DNA of 64,000 nucleotides from a bacterium (lineage in GTDB: Bacteria > Zixibacteria > MSB-5A5 > GN15 > FEB-12). The translations under genes were made by a program, and so were the position numbers. Where the stretch lies: contig JBDRNJ010000064.1 of the NCBI GenBank assembly GCA_043811375.1, positions 32,001 to 96,000 of the forward strand, in the 5' to 3' direction. Position 1 is the stretch's first letter, and every line of letters begins with the position of its first letter. Shown piece after piece: positions 10,148 to 21,315 of this stretch. The notes beneath the pieces are model-generated. The model did no database searches and was not told where the DNA came from. It was given only the letters and a program-made list of their open reading frames with translations.

Positions 10148-10417
10148 TTGTTTAATCCCCGGCGAAACGAAAAAACACCCCGGGACATGCGGCAAATGAG
10201 CCTGTTCGTCGCGGTACCCGGCATTATGCTGGCGGCTCCCCTGATTGGATTTGGGGTTGGTTACTGGGCTGACGGCAAGCTGGGAACCGAGCCGTACCTG
10301 GCCGCTGCCGGTGCCCTGTTTGGCGTAGCTGCTGCCGGGATTGAGATAGCCCGCATCGTGAAGCGGGCCTCGGCGATGGACAAAGAAAAGGAAGATGATA
10401 CAGAACCTGGGACTTGA
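10148..10417 (+). CDS. atpZ: AtpZ/AtpI-like (ATPase gene 1) membrane protein
   Basis: GFGVGYWADGKLGTEPY motif, two TMs, first gene of the atp operon; TTG start after GGAGG. Confidence 0.82.
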   Translation: MFNPRRNEKTPRDMRQMSLFVAVPGIMLAAPLIGFGVGYWADGKLGTEPYLAAAGALFGVAAAGIEIARIVKRASAMDKEKEDDTEPGT

Positions 10418-10811
10418 CTTTATCAGTCGCACTCTCCGATCAACCGGTCTGTTGCTGCTGATTTTTTTGTTACCGGGGATTTATTACTTCGGGTTTTTCC
10501 CGACATTGGCGGTGCTGTCCGGCGGTGTGTGGGGGATGATCAATCTTATGTTCCTGGCGGCCCTGATACGGACATCTTTGCGACCGGAACAGGTCGACAA
10601 ACTCAAAGTTGCCGGTTGGATTCTGATCAAGTTCCCGCTGCTTTACGCAGCCGGGTATTTTCTGATAAGAGTAGAGCAATTTGAACCCTTGCATTTGCTG
10701 ATCGGATTCTCTACACTGCTGGCTGTTATGGTGCTGAAAGTAATGGCCCGGGCGCTGCTGGGGCTGGATGAAGACCGCCGAAAAGGCAAGTCTCTTTCGG
10801 GAACTGTTTGA
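10395..10811 (+). CDS. atpI: ATP synthase subunit I
   Basis: Four TM helices, IKFPLLY, position upstream of atpB. Confidence 0.78.
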   Translation: MIQNLGLDFISRTLRSTGLLLLIFLLPGIYYFGFFPTLAVLSGGVWGMINLMFLAALIRTSLRPEQVDKLKVAGWILIKFPLLYAAGYFLIRVEQFEPLHLLIGFSTLLAVMVLKVMARALLGLDEDRRKGKSLSGTV

Positions 10812-11665
10812 TGTTGTTTTACTATACGCATGTCGTTGGTCTGATGCTGACCAAATTGACCCCGGTTCTGTTTGCCGTAGTCACCGGGGAGCATGGTGAT
10901 ACCCATGAGGCCGAAGGGAATGGCGGCGAGCACGGCGGGGGAACCCACCTGCCCAATCTTGTCGGCTTAGTGTTCGGCTATGACAGTGTAGTCAACGACT
11001 GGGTGAACGTTATTTTTGCGTTTACGATTGCGATTTTTTTCACGATCTGTTCCAACATCGTTTATCGTCGTCGTCAGATGATCCCGGGGAAGTTCCAGAA
11101 TCTTATGGAGATGCTCGTAGAGGGAATGTACAACTTCATCTATTCCATTCTGGGCAAAGAGACCAAAAGATACATCCCTTTTCTGGGGACGCTGTTCTTT
11201 TATATCCTGGGCATGAACTGGATCGGCATGGTGCCGTTAGGGCATTCACCATCGACCAGTCTTACCATCACGGCATCGTTGGCGATAATAGTCTTCATTT
11301 ATGCACAGTATACCGGTGTTCGCAGGTTGGGAGTGCTGGGCTATGTGCACCACATGGCGGGCAGTCCGCGCGAGACGATAAGCTGGTGCATGGTGCCGCT
11401 GCTTCTACCGCTGCACATAATCGGCGAGCTGGCCAAACCGTTCAGCCTGGCTTTGCGACTTTTCGGCAATATCACAGGTGAAGATACATTGATTGCCGTT
11501 TTTGTGATGCTGGGAATCAGTATCCTGGCTTTTTCGCCGGTAGGTGTGCCGTTGCAGATACCGTTTTACTTCCTGGGTCTGCTGCTGTCAACTATCCAAG
11601 CCCTGGTCTTTACGCTGCTGTCGACGATTTATATATTGTTGATGCTGCCGCACGAGGAACATTGA
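10811..11665 (+). CDS. atpB: F0 subunit a
   Basis: PGKFQNLME, ELAKPFSLALRLFGNI (essential Arg), IQALVFTLL; TGATG coupling to atpI. Confidence 0.96.
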   Translation: MLFYYTHVVGLMLTKLTPVLFAVVTGEHGDTHEAEGNGGEHGGGTHLPNLVGLVFGYDSVVNDWVNVIFAFTIAIFFTICSNIVYRRRQMIPGKFQNLMEMLVEGMYNFIYSILGKETKRYIPFLGTLFFYILGMNWIGMVPLGHSPSTSLTITASLAIIVFIYAQYTGVRRLGVLGYVHHMAGSPRETISWCMVPLLLPLHIIGELAKPFSLALRLFGNITGEDTLIAVFVMLGISILAFSPVGVPLQIPFYFLGLLLSTIQALVFTLLSTIYILLMLPHEEH

Positions 11666-11736
11666 TTCTGACCATAGAGATAAAGAAAAGATAAACGAAA
11701 CGATTGACGGAATATAGAATCCTTAAGGAGGATGAA

Positions 11737-11970
11737 ATGGATTATCAGACGGCATTAGGCTTTGCGGCTCCAATTGCTGTGGGACTGGCTGCGATCGGTT
11801 CCGGGCTGGGTATCGGACGGGCGGTCGGGTCCGCGATGGAAGCGATGGGACGTCAGCCGGAAGCGGCCGGCAAGATTCAGACGGCGATGATTATCGGTGC
11901 CGCCTTTATTGAGGCGCTGACAATCTACGTGTTTATCGTCTTCATCATGGCCAGCGAAAAGATCGGCTGA
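11737..11970 (+). CDS. atpE: F0 subunit c (H+-type)
   Basis: GSGLGIG, GRQPEA loop, FIEAL carboxylate; RBS AAGGAGG. Confidence 0.97.
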   Translation: MDYQTALGFAAPIAVGLAAIGSGLGIGRAVGSAMEAMGRQPEAAGKIQTAMIIGAAFIEALTIYVFIVFIMASEKIG

Positions 11971-12044
11971 TCTTTGCGGCGACTGTCTCGTTTTGCCACA
12001 ACCGGCGGTAACGAGACGGACACCGGCAAAGGTACGGTAATATA

Positions 12045-12527
12045 ATGGATTTTGTGTGGCAACAGGCACTGACGCACGCGGTCGGCTTTTTGATCACGGT
12101 CTGGATTCTCAAGCGATTCGCCTGGGGACCGCTGCTCTCTTTACTGGAGGAGCGGCGCAACAAGATTGCCGATGAGTTCAAGGCAATCGAAGACGAAAAG
12201 GCCAAGACAGCCGAACTGACCGCCGATTACGAAGCCCGGCTCAAAGAGATCGATGCCGAGCGTCGCGCCCGGCTGGTGGAAGCGGTCAACGAAGGCAAGA
12301 AAATCGCTGAGGAGATCAGGACGTCGGCTCGCGAAGAGGTTAAGGTCATCAACGCCAAGGCCAAAACTGACCTGGTGCGTGAAGTGGCCAAGGCCAAAGT
12401 GCAGTTGAAAAACGACATGGTCGCCATGACGATCACTGCTACCGAGCGTATCATAAATGAGAAGCTCGACGATGCCAAGCACCGTGAATTGATCGGTAAC
12501 TTTATCGACAACGTGGAGAAAGCATAA
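12045..12527 (+). CDS. atpF: F0 subunit b
   Basis: N-terminal TM ILKRFAWGPLLSLLEERRNKI followed by a coiled coil. Confidence 0.95.
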   Translation: MDFVWQQALTHAVGFLITVWILKRFAWGPLLSLLEERRNKIADEFKAIEDEKAKTAELTADYEARLKEIDAERRARLVEAVNEGKKIAEEIRTSAREEVKVINAKAKTDLVREVAKAKVQLKNDMVAMTITATERIINEKLDDAKHRELIGNFIDNVEKA

Positions 12528-12534
12528 GAGCCCG

Positions 12535-13083
12535 ATGTTAGCCCAGGAAGTTGCCAGGAAGTATGCTCAGGCGCTGTTTCTCGCGGCCAAAGAGAAGGAC
12601 CTGATCGACAGAGCGTACGAGCAGTTCACTGATCTGAAGAGCTACCTGGACAGCGACGACACACTGTTGAACTTCCTCAATGCGCCGCACGTGCTTGATG
12701 AACATAAGCTGGCGCTGGTACGTGATGTTTTCAGCAAGCGTATTGATCGGTTGTTTGTGGAGTTGCTGGTGGTGCTGGTGCTTAAACACCGTATCGGCTT
12801 TCTCCCGGAAGTGATCGATGAGCTTACTCGTCTGGTGGAAGCGGAGAATGGCATCGGTCGAGCTACGGTGCTTACGGCACTGCCGCTGACCGAGTCCGAA
12901 AAGGTTTCGCTGATTGACAGGTTAACGGCCAAGACTGATCTGAAAATTGTGCTGGAGGAAAAAATCGATCTCGATATCCTGGGTGGTATGATCGTAATCC
13001 TGCACAACGAAATTATCGATGGTTCGGTGCGCCGCGGTCTCGATCTGCTGGATGAGCAACTGGCCAAAGTGAAGGTGGTGTAG
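12535..13083 (+). CDS. atpH: F1 subunit delta
   Basis: VARKYAQALF, ILGGMIV..IIDGSVR. Confidence 0.95.
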   Translation: MLAQEVARKYAQALFLAAKEKDLIDRAYEQFTDLKSYLDSDDTLLNFLNAPHVLDEHKLALVRDVFSKRIDRLFVELLVVLVLKHRIGFLPEVIDELTRLVEAENGIGRATVLTALPLTESEKVSLIDRLTAKTDLKIVLEEKIDLDILGGMIVILHNEIIDGSVRRGLDLLDEQLAKVKVV

Positions 13084-13087
13084 CACA

Positions 13088-13170
13088 GTAAGCAGGGCGG
13101 GATCCCCAGCGATCCTGCCATCGAAGTAAAAAAGAACCGGCAGGAGCACAAGGCTTCTGTCCTGCAATAC
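13088..13170. repeat. REP-like doublet between atpH and atpA
   Basis: Hairpins GGCGGGATC/GATCCTGCC and GGCAGGAGC/GCTTCTGTC in inverted arrangement, bounded by GTA..TAC. Confidence 0.6.
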
Positions 13171-13237
13171 CTGGTCTTTACAGGTTGTGTAGTTGGTATG
13201 ACAAAATGTGTAATGTTCATAATATCCGGAGTTGGTA

Positions 13238-14752
13238 ATGGGTCTCAACCCTGAGGAAGTATCGTCAGTAATTAAAAAAGAGCTGGAGAAATACGAAACC
13301 AAGCTCGAGATGGAATCGGTCGGGACAGTTCTCCAGGTGGGTGATGGTATTGCCCGAGTCTGGGGTCTGGAAGATGTCCAGATGTCCGAACTGATTCAGT
13401 TTCCCGGCGACATTATCGGTCTGGTGCTCAATCTTGAGGAAGACAACGTTGGCGCCGCGCTATTCGGATCGGACACGAATATCAAAGAGGGCGACACCGT
13501 TAGACGAACCGGCAAAGTGGCCCAGGTTCCCGTCGGCGAAGCGCTGGAGGGACGTGTGGTCAATCCGCTGGGACAACCACTGGACGGCAAGGGACCGATT
13601 GTCACCGACAAGTTCCGACCTATCGAAGGTCACTCCCCCGGTGTCGTGGATCGTCAACCGGTGAAGGAGCCGCTGCATACCGGACTGAAGGCGATTGATT
13701 CCATGATCCCCATCGGTCGCGGACAGCGGGAGTTGATTATCGGCGACCGCCAGACCGGCAAGACGGCGCTGGCCATCGATACTATCATCAACCAGAAAGA
13801 CACCGATGTCCACTGCATCTATGTAGCCATCGGGCAAAAGTCATCGACGGTGGCTCAGGTGGTGGAAGTGTTGCGCAAGTATGGAGCTATGGACTACACC
13901 ACAGTAGTAACAGCCAGTGCGACCGATCCTGCCCCGCTGCAGTATATTGCACCCTACGCCGGCTGTGCTATGGGCGAATACTTCCGTGATAAAGGCGGCC
14001 ACGCCCTGTGTATCTACGATGACCTGTCCAAGCAGGCTCAATCCTACCGGCAGTTGTCGCTGTTGCTGCGGCGCCCGCCGGGACGCGAAGCCTACCCGGG
14101 CGACATTTTCTACTGTCATTCCCGTCTGCTGGAACGGGCGGCCAAGCTGTCCGATGCCGGCGGCGCCGGCTCGCTGACGGCGCTGCCCATTATCGAGACA
14201 CAGGCCGGTGACGTGTCGGCCTATATCCCTACCAACGTGATCTCAATCACCGACGGCCAGATATTCCTGGAGTCGGAATTGTTCTTTGCCGGTGTTCGGC
14301 CGGGTATCAATGTCGGTATCTCGGTCTCGCGTGTCGGTGGTAATGCTCAGACCCGGATGATGCGCCAGGTGGCCGGATCGTTAAAGCTCGACCTGGCCCA
14401 GTTCCGCGAACTGGAAGCGTTTACTCAGTTCGGTTCCGATCTGGACGAGGCTACCCTCAAGCAGCTTAATCGTGGTCAGAAGATGGTGGAGCTGCTCAAG
14501 CAGGGCCAGTATAAACCGGTACCGATTGCACGCCAGGTAATGATAATCTGGGTCGGCACCAAGGGGCATCTGGACGACGTGGCCGTTGATGATATCGCCC
14601 GGTTCGAGACCGAGTTCGGCGCTTTCTGCGATGAGAAGTATCCTGATATCGAGCATACGCTGAAGCAGGATCTGAAAATATCCGACGAGCTGGACGCCAA
14701 GCTGGCAGCGGCGACTAAGGACTTCAAGGCACAGTTTAAGGCAGAAAGCTGA
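13238..14752 (+). CDS. atpA: F1 subunit alpha
   Basis: GDRQTGKT Walker [24 protein letters not shown]. Confidence 0.98.
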   Translation: MGLNPEEVSSVIKKELEKYETKLEMESVGTVLQVGDGIARVWGLEDVQMSELIQFPGDIIGLVLNLEEDNVGAALFGSDTNIKEGDTVRRTGKVAQVPVGEALEGRVVNPLGQPLDGKGPIVTDKFRPIEGHSPGVVDRQPVKEPLHTGLKAIDSMIPIGRGQRELIIGDRQTGKTALAIDTIINQKDTDVHCIYVAIGQKSSTVAQVVEVLRKYGAMDYTTVVTASATDPAPLQYIAPYAGCAMGEYFRDKGGHALCIYDDLSKQAQSYRQLSLLLRRPPGREAYPGDIFYCHSRLLERAAKLSDAGGAGSLTALPIIETQAGDVSAYIPTNVISITDGQIFLESELFFAGVRPGINVGISVSRVGGNAQTRMMRQVAGSLKLDLAQFRELEAFTQFGSDLDEATLKQLNRGQKMVELLKQGQYKPVPIARQVMIIWVGTKGHLDDVAVDDIARFETEFGAFCDEKYPDIEHTLKQDLKISDELDAKLAAATKDFKAQFKAES

Positions 14753-15378
14753 TGATGAAAAGGATGGGGTTATTCTTTTTCACTCTCCTGGTGTTGTCCA
14801 TGGCGTCAGCGACTGCTAGTTCTGCACAAAATCGAATAGAGACAGGAGTGAAAGCCGGTGTGAATTTCGCAAATCGTTTCGGCGATATCCATCCTCAAGA
14901 TTGGAAAACGGGGTTCTGTGGCGGGGGTTTTGTCGCGTTCTATGTCAACGACATATTTGCGATTCAGCCGGAAGTCCTATTCAGCATGAAGGGATCGAAA
15001 TGGACGCGTCCGTCGACATTTGGCGACGAGCGTATTACCGTGAAACTAAACTATTGGGAAATCCCGGTGCTGGCCAAGCTTGCGTTGCCCACTCAGAGTA
15101 CTATTCGGTTTACTCTTTTTGCTGGACCATCACTAGGCATTAAATTGAGTGCTAAGGCAAGGGTTGAATCACCAGCAGGCACAAAAACAGAAGATATTGA
15201 GGAGATTAAGAAAACTGAGTTCGGAGTAGCTTTCGGTGTCGGTGTTGACTTGCGCCGTGGTAAGAACACCCTTACGTTTGACGTCCGTTATACCCATGGG
15301 CTGACTACAATTGACGAGTACAACATGTGTGAGGACAAGAATAAAGTCGTTTCACTAATGGTCGGATATGCATTTTGA
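14752..15378 (+). CDS. Outer-membrane beta-barrel (porin family, OMP_b-brl_2/PorT-like) protein
   Basis: Signal peptide; GVKAGVNF, AIQPEVLFSMKG, LNYWEIPVLAK, AGPSLG, DVRYTHGL; terminal YAF aromatic barrel signal. Confidence 0.85.
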   Translation: MMKRMGLFFFTLLVLSMASATASSAQNRIETGVKAGVNFANRFGDIHPQDWKTGFCGGGFVAFYVNDIFAIQPEVLFSMKGSKWTRPSTFGDERITVKLNYWEIPVLAKLALPTQSTIRFTLFAGPSLGIKLSAKARVESPAGTKTEDIEEIKKTEFGVAFGVGVDLRRGKNTLTFDVRYTHGLTTIDEYNMCEDKNKVVSLMVGYAF

Positions 15379-15411
15379 ACAAGATAGCATCTTGTTGTGT
15401 CTGCTGTTTTG

Positions 15412-15480
15412 GTGGGCGGCAGATGTCCACATCTGCCCCATGCTCGATAGAGTTGGCGCACGGGGACGTACGCCAACCAC
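15412..15480. repeat. REP-like doublet between the barrel gene and atpG
   Basis: GTGG..GGCAGATGT/ACATCTGCC hairpin and GTTGGCG..CGCCAAC hairpin ending CCAC. Confidence 0.65.
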
Positions 15481-15522
15481 AGAACCGCATTTTGTAATGG
15501 AAGAACAGAATAGACCACGCCA

Positions 15523-16392
15523 ATGGCGACGCTGAGAGAAGTACAAAAACGGATTAAGTCGGTCATATCGACCAGGCGCATTACCAATGCGATGGAGATG
15601 GTGGCCGCAGCCAAGTTGCGACGGGCACAACAGCGTGTCGAGCAGGCTCGTCCCTACAGTGAAAAGATGGACGAAATGCTCAGCCATTTGGCGGCCGGCA
15701 CTACCGAGGAAGTTGTTCACCCCTACTTTGAAGAGCGGCCGATCAGGAAGAAAACACTGGTGGCGTTTGCGTCTGACCGCGGCATGTGCGGTTCCTTCAA
15801 CTCCAATATCATTCGCCGCACCTCGCAATGGATTGAGAAGAACCAGGATGCCGATATCGAACTGGTGCTGATCGGTAAAAAGGTGCATGATTTCTTCAAG
15901 ACCCGTCCCTATAAGATCGTCAACTACTACGGCGACTGGGGTGGGACGCTCGATTATGACAAGGCCCGCCGGGTGGTCTCTTTCCTGACGGAACGGTTTG
16001 TAGGTGGTGAAACCGATGAGATTACGCTGCTGTTTACGCGGTTTTTGTCAATGGTCAAGTACCGCGTGTCGCAGGAGCGTTACCTGCCGGTGGCCCGTCC
16101 GGAAATGGCCGAGGACGAAACCGGTGTCAGCCGGGATTACATTTTTGAACCATCGCCGGACCGGATATATGCGGCTCTGATGCCCGGCTACGCGACTACC
16201 AAGCTGATCACCGCGCTGGTGGAATCTTTTGCCAGCGAACACGGCAGCCGGATGATCGCCATGAATGCCGCAACCAAAAACGCCGGTGAAATGATCGACA
16301 GCCTGACGCTGGACTACAACAAGGCCCGTCAGGCGCAGATTACCAAGGAACTGCTGGAGGTTGTCTCCGGCGCAGAAGCCCTCAAGGGTTAG
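15523..16392 (+). CDS. atpG: F1 subunit gamma
   Basis: ITNAMEMVAAAK, SDRGMCGSFN, NKARQAQITKELLE. Confidence 0.97.
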   Translation: MATLREVQKRIKSVISTRRITNAMEMVAAAKLRRAQQRVEQARPYSEKMDEMLSHLAAGTTEEVVHPYFEERPIRKKTLVAFASDRGMCGSFNSNIIRRTSQWIEKNQDADIELVLIGKKVHDFFKTRPYKIVNYYGDWGGTLDYDKARRVVSFLTERFVGGETDEITLLFTRFLSMVKYRVSQERYLPVARPEMAEDETGVSRDYIFEPSPDRIYAALMPGYATTKLITALVESFASEHGSRMIAMNAATKNAGEMIDSLTLDYNKARQAQITKELLEVVSGAEALKG

Positions 16393-16438
16393 TTTGAATT
16401 GAGAAAAAGTGTGTTTTCCATAAAACGGAGTACCGTAA

Positions 16439-17845
<1,407 letters not shown>

Positions 17846-17851
17846 GCGGTC

Positions 17852-18262
17852 ATGTTTGTACTGTCCATAGTTACGCCGGAGAAGGTCTTCTACGAGGATG
17901 AGATTAACTCCCTGGTGGTACCGGGAACGGAAGGTTACCTGGGGGTTCTGTCTCACCACGCGCCTCTCATAACGGCCCTGCAACCGGGTAAAATCAGGTT
18001 CCGTGATGCTGACGACCAGATAAACATCCTGGCCGTATCAGGCGGTTTCCTGGAGGTTTCCAGCAATAAGGCGACACTGCTGGCCGACGCCGTTGAGCGC
18101 GCTGATGAAATCGATGTCGAGCGCGCCCAGGCCACTTATGATCGCGAAAAAAACCGGCTGGTCTCAGCCGGCAAGGGTGAAACAGACATCGACCTGCCGG
18201 CCGTACGAGCGGCGATTGAGAGAGCCGCCAACCGGATCAGGATTTACAGGGAGACGCACTAG
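17852..18262 (+). CDS. atpC: F1 subunit epsilon
   Basis: [28 protein letters not shown]. Confidence 0.96.
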   Translation: MFVLSIVTPEKVFYEDEINSLVVPGTEGYLGVLSHHAPLITALQPGKIRFRDADDQINILAVSGGFLEVSSNKATLLADAVERADEIDVERAQATYDREKNRLVSAGKGETDIDLPAVRAAIERAANRIRIYRETH

Positions 18263-18485
18263 TTCCAACCCCGGATGTTCCGATACCGACCCCTGTTGGT
18301 GACCGGGCTGTAGCCGGTATTTTACCGCCGAATGAGTAATACTACCGCTGCCTTCACAAACTGACCGACATGCGCGTTCGCCTTCCGATGGATAGCTGCG
18401 AACCAAGTTATTCAGCGATATGCATTTTGGACGCCCGTTGGTTGTAACCCACTAAGTCTCACGCCGTTGCGGGGACGTTTTATGC

Positions 18486-18514
18486 TTGACTTTTGGCGAT
18501 ATACAGGATACAAT
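18486..18514 (+). promoter_or_regulatory. Sigma70-type promoter of the yceD-rpmF-fab operon
   Basis: TTGACT-17-TACAAT. Confidence 0.65.
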
Positions 18515-18522
18515 TGAAAGCT

Positions 18523-19041
18523 ATGATAATGGACTTGCGCGGTCTGGATAATTTCCCGGCCCACCTGTCACTGAAAAGCGGTCCGGGAGATATTGTTGCC
18601 GAGTACGACAGCCTGCGTGAGGTTAGAGACGTGACGGTTGAACTCGATATACAGATATCCGGCGAGGAGTACTTCTGCCAGGGTGAGGTAACAGCCGATG
18701 TTCAACTGGAGTGTTCCCGTTGCCTGAAGGAATTTGATTGTGTGGTTCGCAACCGGACTGACTTTATCGCATGTTCTCGGAGCTTGTATGAGAACAGGTC
18801 GGCTAGAGCACTCGATGATGAAGACTATGTGTTTTTTCAGGAATCGCCTTTGCGGGCCGATATTTCAGAGATTGTTCGACAGGCAATTATTCTGGCAGTG
18901 GGACTCAAACCGCTGTGTGCCGATGACTGTCGGGGTCTGTGCCCGACCTGCGGTATCGATCTTAACCGACAGTCTTGTGACTGCACCGTCGAATCGATCG
19001 ATCCCCGCTGGGAAGCACTGAAGAAACTGCGCCATAACTAA
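18523..19041 (+). CDS. yceD: DUF177/YceD family protein
   Basis: CSRCL, PLCADDCRGLCPTCG, IDPRWEALKKL; directly upstream of rpmF. Confidence 0.92.
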   Translation: MIMDLRGLDNFPAHLSLKSGPGDIVAEYDSLREVRDVTVELDIQISGEEYFCQGEVTADVQLECSRCLKEFDCVVRNRTDFIACSRSLYENRSARALDDEDYVFFQESPLRADISEIVRQAIILAVGLKPLCADDCRGLCPTCGIDLNRQSCDCTVESIDPRWEALKKLRHN

Positions 19042-19065
19042 CCGGAGATAATAGAGGAACTACTA

Positions 19066-19248
19066 ATGCCACTTCCCAAGAGACGACACTCGCGAACCAG
19101 AGGCAGAAAGCGCCGCACCAACTGGAAGATATCGGCTCCGAATGTGATCGACTGTCCCCACTGTCATCAACCCCGGCTGTCCCATCACGTCTGTACTTAT
19201 TGCGGATATTACCGGGGTCGCCAGATAATCTCGGGTACGGAGGCCTGA
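19066..19248 (+). CDS. rpmF: 50S ribosomal protein L32
   Basis: MPLPKRRHSRTR..CPHC..HHVCTYCGYY. Confidence 0.97.
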   Translation: MPLPKRRHSRTRGRKRRTNWKISAPNVIDCPHCHQPRLSHHVCTYCGYYRGRQIISGTEA

Positions 19249-19294
19249 TCCAACCGGTATCATCTTCGCTTGATGTACGAGTGGATCTGACGAG

Positions 19295-20395
19295 ATGACG
19301 GCAGACGAAAAACATACCGTAGTACTGGATGTAATGGGGGCGGACAGCGGTCAGGAGCAGATCGTGCAGGGTGGGGTAGATGCCGCCCGGCGGCTGGGTG
19401 ATGCTATGCGGCTGGTTTTCGTCGGTCGACAAAATCAGTTGGAAGCTACCTTGGCCCGCATCGCCGACCCACCGTCGAACATTTCGATTCAGCATGCCGA
19501 AAGTGAAGTGCCGATGGAGATGTCGGCCACTGACGGAGTGCGAATGCGGGATAGTTCGATTGCCGTTGGGTTGCGGATGGTCAAGGACAGACGAGCGGCG
19601 GCGTTTGTTTCTCCCGGCAATACCGGGGCGGTTATGGCCACGTCGCTGTTGACACTGGGGCGTATCGAGGGAGTCAGCCGTCCGGCTATCACAAGTCACT
19701 TTCCGACTTGCACCGGTCGTCCCACGGTGGTCCTGGATGTGGGCGCCAACTCCGACTGCAAGCCACACCACCTGTCGCAGTTCGCAGTCATGGGATCAGT
19801 TTACTCTTCAGTGACTTTCGATCTCGATTCACCACGGGTGGGTCTGGTTTCCATCGGTGAAGAACGCAGCAAGGGCAATGATCTGATTGTCAACGCCCGG
19901 AGATTGCTGGAGAATTCCGACATCAACTTCATGGGCAATATCGAGGGGAGAGACATTCTGTCGGGTACCATTGACGTGGCGGTTACCGATGGTTTCACCG
20001 GCAATATCCTGTTGAAGTTCGCGGAATCGATCAAGCCGATGCTGGTCAATTCCATGCGACGGCAGATTCAAACCAACATTTTTTCGCGTGTCGGCGCCAT
20101 GTTGCTGCTGCCGTTTTTGAGACGGATGAAAAATCGGTTCGATTACGCTGAGGCGGGAGGCGCACCCCTGTTGGGTGTTAATGGCGTTGTTATGATTTGC
20201 CATGGGCTGTCCAATGCGCGAGCCATCTGTAACGCTGTTACGGTCGCCCATGAAATGGCCGCCTGCAGAGTTGTAGAACGCATCCACAATGAGTTGACAA
20301 CCAATCATTTTGGGCACAACAATGGGTCAAGGAATAAGGGCCAAAATAATCGGGACGGGGTCATTTACGCCCGAGTCTCGAATGACCAACGCTGA
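19295..20395 (+). CDS. plsX: Phosphate acyltransferase PlsX
   Basis: LDVMGAD, SPGNTGA, LDVGAN, TDGFTGN, GGAPLLGV. Confidence 0.95.
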   Translation: MTADEKHTVVLDVMGADSGQEQIVQGGVDAARRLGDAMRLVFVGRQNQLEATLARIADPPSNISIQHAESEVPMEMSATDGVRMRDSSIAVGLRMVKDRRAAAFVSPGNTGAVMATSLLTLGRIEGVSRPAITSHFPTCTGRPTVVLDVGANSDCKPHHLSQFAVMGSVYSSVTFDLDSPRVGLVSIGEERSKGNDLIVNARRLLENSDINFMGNIEGRDILSGTIDVAVTDGFTGNILLKFAESIKPMLVNSMRRQIQTNIFSRVGAMLLLPFLRRMKNRFDYAEAGGAPLLGVNGVVMICHGLSNARAICNAVTVAHEMAACRVVERIHNELTTNHFGHNNGSRNKGQNNRDGVIYARVSNDQR

Positions 20396-21311
20396 CTTCG
20401 AGCGGATCGTCGATACTTCCGACGAGTGGATTATCAGCCGCACCGGTATCCGGGAGCGTCGTATTTCCGACGCCGATACGTTCAGTTCGGATATGGCCGT
20501 TGTGGCTTGTCGTAATGCACTGGAAATGGCCGGTTGCAGCAACGACGAAGTGGAAATGATAATAATCGGTACGGTCACGCCCGACTACCGGCTGCCGTCG
20601 ACTGCCTGCGTGGTGCAGGAAAAGATGGGTTTGCCCAATGCTGCGGCTATGGATGTTGTGGCTGCCTGCGCCGGTTTTCTTAACGGCCTGTCGATCGCAA
20701 GCTCTTTTATTAAATCGCAAACGTACTCGCGAGTGCTGGTCGTCGGTGTCGAGAAACTCTCGGCCATAACCAACTACAAGGATCGCAACACCTGTGTCTT
20801 GTTTGGTGATGCCGCCGGCGCGGCAGTGCTGGCTCCGACTGAAAACGGCACCGGGGTGCTTTCAACGTTCCTGAAATCTAACGGCTCGCTGCGCGAGTGG
20901 CTTTGGTCCAGCACCGGAGGTACCGTAAATCCGTACACACCCGATTTCAAATATGACGGAACCGACAAGATAACGATGGCCGGCTCGGACGTGTTCAAAG
21001 TCGCCGTGCGAGAAATGGCCCGAGCAGCAGCCAGCGTTCTGCAGGAAGCCGGGCTGAAACCGGACGACATAACCATGGTAATACCCCATCAGGCTAATAT
21101 TCGCATCGTCGAAGCTCTGGCCAAACGTCTCCACGTGGGGATGGACAGAGTATTTCTCAATATCGAAGAGTACGGCAATACCTCGGCGGCATCGGTTCCC
21201 CTGGCTCTGGATCAGGCCAATCGGCAGGGAAAGATCAAACCAGGAGACTACGTACTGATGGTTGCTTTTGGCGGTGGCCTGACCTGGGGTGCGGCGGTGG
21301 TGAAATGGTAG
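20322..21311 (+). CDS. fabH: Beta-ketoacyl-ACP synthase III
   Basis: DTSDEWIISRTGIRERR, AACAGF, PHQANIRI, YGNTSAAS. Confidence 0.97.
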   Translation: MGQGIRAKIIGTGSFTPESRMTNADFERIVDTSDEWIISRTGIRERRISDADTFSSDMAVVACRNALEMAGCSNDEVEMIIIGTVTPDYRLPSTACVVQEKMGLPNAAAMDVVAACAGFLNGLSIASSFIKSQTYSRVLVVGVEKLSAITNYKDRNTCVLFGDAAGAAVLAPTENGTGVLSTFLKSNGSLREWLWSSTGGTVNPYTPDFKYDGTDKITMAGSDVFKVAVREMARAAASVLQEAGLKPDDITMVIPHQANIRIVEALAKRLHVGMDRVFLNIEEYGNTSAASVPLALDQANRQGKIKPGDYVLMVAFGGGLTWGAAVVKW

Positions 21312-21315
21312 GATT

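Noticed and set aside
11737..11970. Possible Na+-translocating ATP synthase
   Set aside because: Subunit c has Ile at the Gln position (GLGIG) and EA rather than ES/ET, so H+-type
20322..20395. 74-nt plsX/fabH overlap as a possible frameshift
   Set aside because: The PlsX core is complete before the overlap and FabH is intact; a simple tail extension
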